In this document: positions 16,485 through 22,695 of the stretch, piece after piece
Layout of the letters: the number at the start of each line of letters is the position of its first letter
Position numbering within the stretch: the stretch's first letter is position 1
Source: Candidatus Nanopusillus sp.
GTDB lineage: Archaea > Nanobdellota > Nanobdellia > Nanobdellales > Nanobdellaceae
Assembly: GCA_028276785.1 (NCBI GenBank)
Contig: JAPYVP010000001.1
Location: forward strand, 35,401 to 67,400
Direction of reading: 5' to 3'
Length of the DNA stretch: 32,000 nucleotides
The notes under the pieces: generated by a model
Databases searched by the model: none
Told to the model about the DNA's origin: nothing
The model's input: the letters and a program-made list of their open reading frames with translations, nothing else
Made by a program: the position numbers and the translations under genes

Positions 16485-16765
16485 ATATAATGAATACTTC
16501 CGTTATAAATATATATAATTCTATAGCCAGAAGGTATTGTTATTCCATTTATTGTACAATTCTCACTAAGGAACACTTTAATATCAATTATTTCTCTAAA
16601 ACTTTTATCGTATAAATTTTTTAATTGCTGACAATTAATAGTTTGTATATTCTCTCCACCCAAATTATTTTTTACATTATAAATATAATAAAAAGAAAAT
16701 AGACTAGCAGCTACAATTAATATAAAGGTTATTATAATCCAATATATTGAATTTTGAAGTTTCAT
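16481..16765 (-). CDS. Small pilin-like protein (94 aa)
   Basis: MKLQNSIYWIIITFILIVAASLFSFYYIY N-terminus, 2 Cys, C-terminal motif YRIIYIYNGSIHYI. 4-nt overlaps on both sides. Confidence 0.55.
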   Translation of the reverse strand: MKLQNSIYWIIITFILIVAASLFSFYYIYNVKNNLGGENIQTINCQQLKNLYDKSFREIIDIKVFLSENCTINGITIPSGYRIIYIYNGSIHYI

Positions 16766-18732
16766 AATTTTATATCTGTTGGCAAATATGGGCCAAATAT
16801 TGTATATACTACTAATATTCCTACTATTGAAAATATTACATAAAATATTGTTCCAAACAGAAGATTCCTACCTATATAATATGAAGTCATTGTACTATCA
16901 AAGCCATATTTTATTCCAGCACTCATATATGATGTTATTATTACATATTCTATAAAAAATATGCCTATTATTGCTACAAAAAATGTTGGTGGTATTAAAT
17001 TATATAGATTAAATGTGGTTACAATAAAATTGAATAAACTAGATCCACCTCCCAGACCAAAAGATTGGCTTATCAATTGAAAGAAGTATGCAAGTGCAAA
17101 AAGCATTGAAACTATACCATTATTAAAAACTGTAACCATTGCAGAAATTAATGGTACTAGATTTCTTGATGTCATATCTATTAATCCAATTATTTCATTT
17201 AATATTTTTCTTACACTATATCTTATGTTGTTTACATTTTCTAAATTTGTTGATACGTTATATGCAATTTTTGATAAGGTTTCAGGACCCTTTGATGCAG
17301 AAGTAACCAAAAGTTGCATAGACTCTCTTACTAATTTTGATGGATATAAATTTAATGAACCAATTTTTGGATCAAATATAGATGTATTTAAATCATAACC
17401 CCTTCTTAAATTATATAATGTTGTTTTTAGGAAGTTTTCCATAACACCGGAAGATTTTATTATCTTATAATTATAATAGGTTTTTTCAATCACTATTTCA
17501 AATGGATAACCATCTTCTAATAGTGATGCAAATTCGTATACAACAATTGGAAACTCATTTTCTATTTCTTCAATTTCATATATTTTTTTAACTTTTTGGA
17601 AAGATGTCAAATAATAATAAGACCCAATACCTAAACCCAATCCCAGAGGTAATGTTAAAGTTAAAACAGAATATATTAATGCTCTATCTTGATAAACTAT
17701 ATTTAAATAATCACTTAAAAATCCTTGTGGGATAAGAGCAATTTTTATAGCTAAAGAAATTAAATGATAAATTCCTATAATTGCAATCGATCCCAATATT
17801 ATTGAAATTATTATTGCCGGAACTTCTTTATTTCCTAATTTAAATTTTCCAGGTTTTGGTAAATCCTTTGCTAATGATAAATCTGGAACGGCAAATGCAA
17901 ACGGATTTTTTGATAGAAAATTTTGAATTATTAAGAAGGTAATGACAGGTAGAATTATTATATACGAAAATGCTATGAAATAGAAACTTACAGTATTTAA
18001 CAAAAACACAGATATTATTGGTAACATCATCAAACTGACTATAGGCATCATTACTAAGAAAGATATAATAACTGTTGCCGGTTCTTTCAGAGCATCTACA
18101 TATGATTGGGATTTTTCTAAAGATTTCTTTAACACCCATCCTAATATTCTGTCTAATAATTTATTTATATCATCAATAGACGTTTTATATTTAATATTTA
18201 CAATATGTGTCATTGCATATACAAAATCTGGACTTAAATAAAACCATCTTCTCTGATAATATTCCAGTGCTGATTCAATATCTTTAAACTTACTTGTTTC
18301 TAAATTATATAATAATGATTTAAAGTCTGTTGCAATATAACCTTTCATATAATATGCTACATATTTTATTCCATTTTCTAGATTAGGATTTCTTTTTAGA
18401 TATAAAGATAAATATAATATTATCCATACAATTTCTGATGTTACCTGTATTCTAACAATTTGTGTATAGAATATTGGATAATATGCAAAATAGAATGATA
18501 ATATTAGTAAAGATATTAATAAAGAAAAAGCTAATTGAAAGCTTACAAAACTTAAAATAAGATATATAATTATAGAAAATATTGTTATAGTTATTACAGA
18601 GGAAAATATGTTATCTGGATTAGTATTTAATCTATTTAACCATAAATGAAATGCATATTTTTTATATATAGAATTGGGGGCTTTTATTTTTATTAAATTA
18701 AAATTATTGTAAAAATACTCAAAAAAATTCAT
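16762..18732 (-). CDS. FlaJ/ArlJ-TadC-PilC-like (T2SS-F superfamily) polytopic membrane platform protein (656 aa)
   Basis: Two soluble helical segments, each followed by TM bundles (about residues 110-215 and 395-520: ...SALEYYQRRWFYLSPDFVYAMTHIV... and ...FASLLEDGYPFEIVIEKT...LRRGYDLNTSIF...LVRESMQLLVTSASKGPETLSKIA...). This is the duplicated architecture of T2SSF/FlaJ proteins. Size and operon context fit. Assignment from architecture, not a computed alignment. Confidence 0.6.
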   Translation of the reverse strand: MNFFEYFYNNFNLIKIKAPNSIYKKYAFHLWLNRLNTNPDNIFSSVITITIFSIIIYLILSFVSFQLAFSLLISLLILSFYFAYYPIFYTQIVRIQVTSEIVWIILYLSLYLKRNPNLENGIKYVAYYMKGYIATDFKSLLYNLETSKFKDIESALEYYQRRWFYLSPDFVYAMTHIVNIKYKTSIDDINKLLDRILGWVLKKSLEKSQSYVDALKEPATVIISFLVMMPIVSLMMLPIISVFLLNTVSFYFIAFSYIIILPVITFLIIQNFLSKNPFAFAVPDLSLAKDLPKPGKFKLGNKEVPAIIISIILGSIAIIGIYHLISLAIKIALIPQGFLSDYLNIVYQDRALIYSVLTLTLPLGLGLGIGSYYYLTSFQKVKKIYEIEEIENEFPIVVYEFASLLEDGYPFEIVIEKTYYNYKIIKSSGVMENFLKTTLYNLRRGYDLNTSIFDPKIGSLNLYPSKLVRESMQLLVTSASKGPETLSKIAYNVSTNLENVNNIRYSVRKILNEIIGLIDMTSRNLVPLISAMVTVFNNGIVSMLFALAYFFQLISQSFGLGGGSSLFNFIVTTFNLYNLIPPTFFVAIIGIFFIEYVIITSYMSAGIKYGFDSTMTSYYIGRNLLFGTIFYVIFSIVGILVVYTIFGPYLPTDIKL

Positions 18733-18737
18733 TACCT

Positions 18738-19502
18738 TTAACTTGTTGCGGCTGGTATGTTAATTAACTGGTTGTATGGTACTCTCATCAAGAATTGACA
18801 TAGTGGCATACCGTTATCATTATTATTTATACCCAGTGCTGCACAATTTCCTGTTACTACTAATATTCCATTACTGACTATCAAGTTTAAATTACATCCA
18901 TGTGCACTATTATAATATTTAAGAACTTTTAACAGTGCAACGAATACTTGGTTTGTAATCCATGTTGGTAATTGTGCGGAACACTGTGCTGGACCTGGAT
19001 ATAATATCTGGGATGGAGAAGAAATGTAAATCGTTGCTTGTCCAGTTTCTACATTAAATGATGTGGTAGAAGAATAATTTCCAAATACATAACTTGTTGC
19101 TTGTACTGGACTATAATATAATGTATCAATGTAATGGCGACATGTTAAATACATACATGCTAATGGTGTTATTTGATATCCCTGATATTGACATTGACTA
19201 GAAGGACCTCCGTATAATTGCAATACTACACTACATGGAACTGCATTTGAACAGATATAATACCCAGGACTTGCTTGTACAAGCCCATTTCCTATGTTTT
19301 CATACCTTGTACAGAATGTTACTGGATCTTGTTGACAATAGTTTAAACAATTAGCAACTGCTTGTTGTATTTGTGTGTTGGATATTTGGCTAATATTTGA
19401 TGATTGTTGCTGAAATAGTCTAATTACAATAACCGCTACTACTAACATTATTATTATTACGAATATCAACTGTACAGCCATATCTATACCCCTTCTTTTC
19501 AT
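18738..19502 (-). CDS. Archaellin/type IV pilin-like protein, first gene of the operon (254 aa); candidate major filament subunit
   Basis: MKRRG|IDMAVQLIFVIIIMLVVAVIVIRLF resembles archaellin/pilin N-termini ((K/R)G| ... G(I/L)DTAIILIAFII). About 13 Cys. Q/A/G/S-richer composition than its neighbours. Confidence 0.6.
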   Translation of the reverse strand: MKRRGIDMAVQLIFVIIIMLVVAVIVIRLFQQQSSNISQISNTQIQQAVANCLNYCQQDPVTFCTRYENIGNGLVQASPGYYICSNAVPCSVVLQLYGGPSSQCQYQGYQITPLACMYLTCRHYIDTLYYSPVQATSYVFGNYSSTTSFNVETGQATIYISSPSQILYPGPAQCSAQLPTWITNQVFVALLKVLKYYNSAHGCNLNLIVSNGILVVTGNCAALGINNNDNGMPLCQFLMRVPYNQLINIPAATS

Positions 19503-19525
19503 AATTAAGGATAAATATTTTATTC

Positions 19526-19533
19526 TTTATAAA
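19526..19533 (-). promoter_or_regulatory. TATA box candidate for the 12-gene operon (leaderless or near-leaderless transcript)
   Basis: Minus strand TTTATAAA centred about 27 nt upstream of the ATG at 19502, in the 37-nt spacer after the DUF371 gene. Confidence 0.45.
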
Positions 19534-19539
19534 TGTTTT

Positions 19540-19947
19540 TCAGTAATATATAATAAATTTCATATCTTTTTCATACCTTAATCTTTCTATTATTTTTTTA
19601 TCAATATCAATAGCACTTTTATTTGAGTTTATCGCTAAGGTTCTATCATCAATATAATTACTTTTTCTTATAACAATACTTCTATCATTTGTTAATAATA
19701 AATTTCTTGAGCCATAAGCAATTATACTGTCTATTAAATCATCAACCTTAATTATAATCTTTATTTTTCCTTCATTTAATAAATGATCTTTAAGATCTTC
19801 CGGTAAATCCTTTACAGAATAGTTTGCATTTATACCAATTATACAATCTCCTCTCTCAGTTAGATAATTATCTTTAGTAATTTCTAAGGTGCTTTTATGT
19901 GTTGCTTTTATTAATTTATGCCCTTTAGCTTTTATTACTAATTTCAT
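19540..19947 (-). CDS. DUF371 family protein (archaeal conserved hypothetical)
   Basis: KGHKLIKATHKSTLEITKDNYLTERGDCIIGINAN ... IVIRKSNYIDDRTLAINSNKSA matches the remembered DUF371 pattern GH.ni.atHktTlEiTk...lt.rGdCIigv ... RtS.f.d.RT. Confidence 0.65.
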   Translation of the reverse strand: MKLVIKAKGHKLIKATHKSTLEITKDNYLTERGDCIIGINANYSVKDLPEDLKDHLLNEGKIKIIIKVDDLIDSIIAYGSRNLLLTNDRSIVIRKSNYIDDRTLAINSNKSAIDIDKKIIERLRYEKDMKFIIYY

Positions 19948-20776
19948 TTAAGTAATTTAGTATTTCTCTTGTAACATTTCTATTTAAATATTTATCAAAT
20001 CCTTCATATTGAAATATATGATGCAAATCTATTAAATAATATTGACCCCTCTTTAACAATAGATCAAATGCAAATATTTGTAAGTCACATTTATCCATAA
20101 TCTTATATCCAATATCTATTATCTCTTCATCTAATTTATATTCTCTTCCATACCCACCTTGACTGATATTTGCCTTAAAACTATTTTTATTAATTCTCTC
20201 CATTGCGCCAATTGGTTTTCCCACAAAAATTATTCTTATATCTTTCTCATAGGGTATGTATTTTTGAAATATTAAATGTTTTATGTTTATTTTCTTCTCT
20301 AATAAATATTTTTCTAAAAAGTTATATAGTTCTTTTTCATTATCTATCTTATGTACGAATTCTCCTCTATGAACAAACTGATGCTTTATTATCATTGGAA
20401 ATCCTATTTTATTTATTACATATTCTATGTTATCTATTGAATATATTTTTATAAATTCTGGGATTTCTACATATTTATTAAGAATACTGTAAAATAGAGT
20501 TTTTGATATTATGGATTCTTTAACGTGTATGGTATTTATCACTTCTTTCCCATTTTGTTTAAGATATCTTGCTAGAAAGTGTATATCAGATAAAAAAGTT
20601 GATCCAAGGAAAAAGTAATATACGTCATAGTTTAATATTTTTTCATTATATGGAAATATGTTGTCCTTTTCTATATCAATAATATTAATATTATTATAGT
20701 TTTTTATTTCTTCTTTTAACTTTATTATTCTATAATCATGTGAATCAGTTTTTGCAAATATGGCTACTCTACCCAT
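19925..20776 (-). CDS. ATP-grasp ligase, RimK/LysX-like
   Basis: DIRIIFVGKPIGAMERINKNSFKANISQGGYGREYKLDEEIIDIGYKIMDKCDLQIFAFDLL...YLIDLH fits the RimK-type ATP-grasp core (D.R..vvg...a..R......f.sN...GG). Overlaps the DUF371 gene by 23 nt. Confidence 0.65.
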   Translation of the reverse strand: MGRVAIFAKTDSHDYRIIKLKEEIKNYNNINIIDIEKDNIFPYNEKILNYDVYYFFLGSTFLSDIHFLARYLKQNGKEVINTIHVKESIISKTLFYSILNKYVEIPEFIKIYSIDNIEYVINKIGFPMIIKHQFVHRGEFVHKIDNEKELYNFLEKYLLEKKINIKHLIFQKYIPYEKDIRIIFVGKPIGAMERINKNSFKANISQGGYGREYKLDEEIIDIGYKIMDKCDLQIFAFDLLLKRGQYYLIDLHHIFQYEGFDKYLNRNVTREILNYLNEISNKS

Positions 20777-20798
20777 TCTTAATATCTAGGGGGTAAAG

Positions 20799-20804
20799 TT
20801 ATAA
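20799..20804. promoter_or_regulatory. Palindromic TTATAA exactly midway between the divergent ATP-grasp gene and rpoH (candidate bidirectional TATA)
   Basis: The 50-nt spacer runs 20777-20826. The TTATAA centre is 25.5 nt from each start codon (20776 and 20827). A second TATA-like TTTATAAAA at 20809-20817 is only about 14 nt from the rpoH ATG. Confidence 0.4.
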
Positions 20805-20826
20805 GTTTTTTATAAAAATTAATTAA

Positions 20827-21141
20827 ATGGCAAAGTCTGTCAAAAAGTCTAAATCTAAAAAAGTTTCTAAGGTTAATGAACCTAAAAAGAGTTTAAGAGA
20901 ATTATCGGAAATTGATATAACAAAACACTATTTAGTACCAAAACATGTAATATTATCTGAAGAAGAGAAAAAAGAATTATTAGAAAAGTATAAAGTATCT
21001 CTATCAGATTTACCAAAGATTAAAATCTCAGATCCAGCATTAAAAAATTTAAATGTTAAGCCAGGAGATGTAGTTAAGATTATAAGAAATAACCCATGGA
21101 TTGGAGAAGAAATATACTATAGGGTTGTTGTTGAGGATTAA
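20827..21141 (+). CDS. rpoH: DNA-directed RNA polymerase subunit H (Rpo5)
   Basis: [69 protein letters not shown] is the canonical RpoH/Rpb5 C-terminal domain. Preceded by a K/S-rich N-terminal extension of about 30 aa. Confidence 0.9.
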   Translation: MAKSVKKSKSKKVSKVNEPKKSLRELSEIDITKHYLVPKHVILSEEEKKELLEKYKVSLSDLPKIKISDPALKNLNVKPGDVVKIIRNNPWIGEEIYYRVVVED

Positions 21142-21173
21142 GCTTATAAAAATATCATATATATACATAAAAA

Positions 21174-22694
21174 GTGGCTAATAATAATACAGACAATTAT
21201 ATCTTATTTTATAAATACTTGGAGGAAAATGATCTCTTAGGAGTACAACTTAGGTCCTTTGAATATTTTGTTGATGTAGAAATGACAAAGATTGGAAGGG
21301 AATTGGGGACATTTTCTCCAAGATTATTAGCTCCTGGATTAAGAGATTTGCAATTTAAAATAGAAAAATTGTGGTTGGGGAAGGCGGATTTTATGGAAAA
21401 AGAGGGAGTTTCTAGATTAATATATCCGATAGAGGCTAGAATTAGAAGACTTACATATGCCGGAACAGTGTTTATGGAATTTTCTGTATATGAAAATGAA
21501 ACTTTTAAGAGTAAATATCAGGTATCTATTGGAAGATTGCCAATAATGGTTAGATCAAAATATTGTAATACTTATGGATTATCTGAAGAAGAATTAATAA
21601 AGATCGGAGAAGATCCGACAGATAGGGGCGGGTATTTTATTATTAATGGAAATGAAAAATTAATTGTACTATCTGAAGAACTTGGTACAAATAAATTTTA
21701 TGTTCAAAAGGAGTCTGGTTCTATAAAATATAGTGGATATTTATTATCCGAATCTTTAACCCAATTAAAGGCTCATAGAATGGAGATGACAAAAGATGGT
21801 TTATTATATTTATCATTTGAGAAATATAAAAAAGTTCCATTAATACCACTGGTAAGGGCTTTAGGTTTAGAAAAGGATGTTGAAATAAACCAATTGATTT
21901 CAGAAGGAGAGGAGTTTGAAGAAGTATATATTAACTTATTAGAATTTCAAAATATAAAAACTTCTGAAGATGCAATAACTTATCTAGCTGATAAATTGAA
22001 ATTAACAGGATCTCCAGAAGTTAAAAGAGAAAAATTATTGTCAATATTAGATAATTTATTATTACCAAATATTGGTACATCACCCAATGATAGATTATTA
22101 AAGGCATACAATCTATTGAAGATGGCAAGAAAGATATTATTATTAGCTCATGGAAAGATTGATGAAGATATAAAGGACCACTTTGCAAATAAAATAGTTA
22201 GAACACCCGGAGAATTATTAAGAGAGTTTTTCTTAGTTACCTTAAGAACATTGATGACAGATGCAATGTATCAATATGAAAGATTAGTAAAAAGGGGAAA
22301 AATACCGTCATATACATCTATATTTAGATCAAAAATATTTACTGAAAGATTTGAAAATGTAATGGCTATTGGAAAATGGACAAGAAATAGGACCGGAATT
22401 TCTCAAGCTCTAGATAGAACAAATAAAATTTCTGTTTTATCTCATTTAACAAGGGTTGTTTCTTCAATATCTGGAGAAGCTGAATTATTAGAAGCAAGAA
22501 TGGCTCATGGTACACACTGGGGTAGGTTAGATTTAATAGAAACACCCGAAGGTCATGAAACTGGACTTAGAAAAAATAAAACAATTCTAGCAAAGATAAG
22601 TTTTGAGGAGGTTGATAAGCGAGAATTAATTAAGAAATTGGAGGATATTGGATTAAGGCCAATAGTTAAAAATATTTCAGATATAAAAAAATAA
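21174..22694 (+). CDS. rpoB2: DNA-directed RNA polymerase subunit B'' (N-terminal half of split subunit B)
   Basis: GTG start. QLRSFEYFV..., IYPIEARIRRLTYAG, GRLPIMVRSKYC, DRGGYFIINGNEKLIV and ETPEGHETGLRKN are typical Rpo2 N-terminal motifs. Followed 1 nt later by B'. Confidence 0.92.
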   Translation: MANNNTDNYILFYKYLEENDLLGVQLRSFEYFVDVEMTKIGRELGTFSPRLLAPGLRDLQFKIEKLWLGKADFMEKEGVSRLIYPIEARIRRLTYAGTVFMEFSVYENETFKSKYQVSIGRLPIMVRSKYCNTYGLSEEELIKIGEDPTDRGGYFIINGNEKLIVLSEELGTNKFYVQKESGSIKYSGYLLSESLTQLKAHRMEMTKDGLLYLSFEKYKKVPLIPLVRALGLEKDVEINQLISEGEEFEEVYINLLEFQNIKTSEDAITYLADKLKLTGSPEVKREKLLSILDNLLLPNIGTSPNDRLLKAYNLLKMARKILLLAHGKIDEDIKDHFANKIVRTPGELLREFFLVTLRTLMTDAMYQYERLVKRGKIPSYTSIFRSKIFTERFENVMAIGKWTRNRTGISQALDRTNKISVLSHLTRVVSSISGEAELLEARMAHGTHWGRLDLIETPEGHETGLRKNKTILAKISFEEVDKRELIKKLEDIGLRPIVKNISDIKK

Positions 22695-22695
22695 A

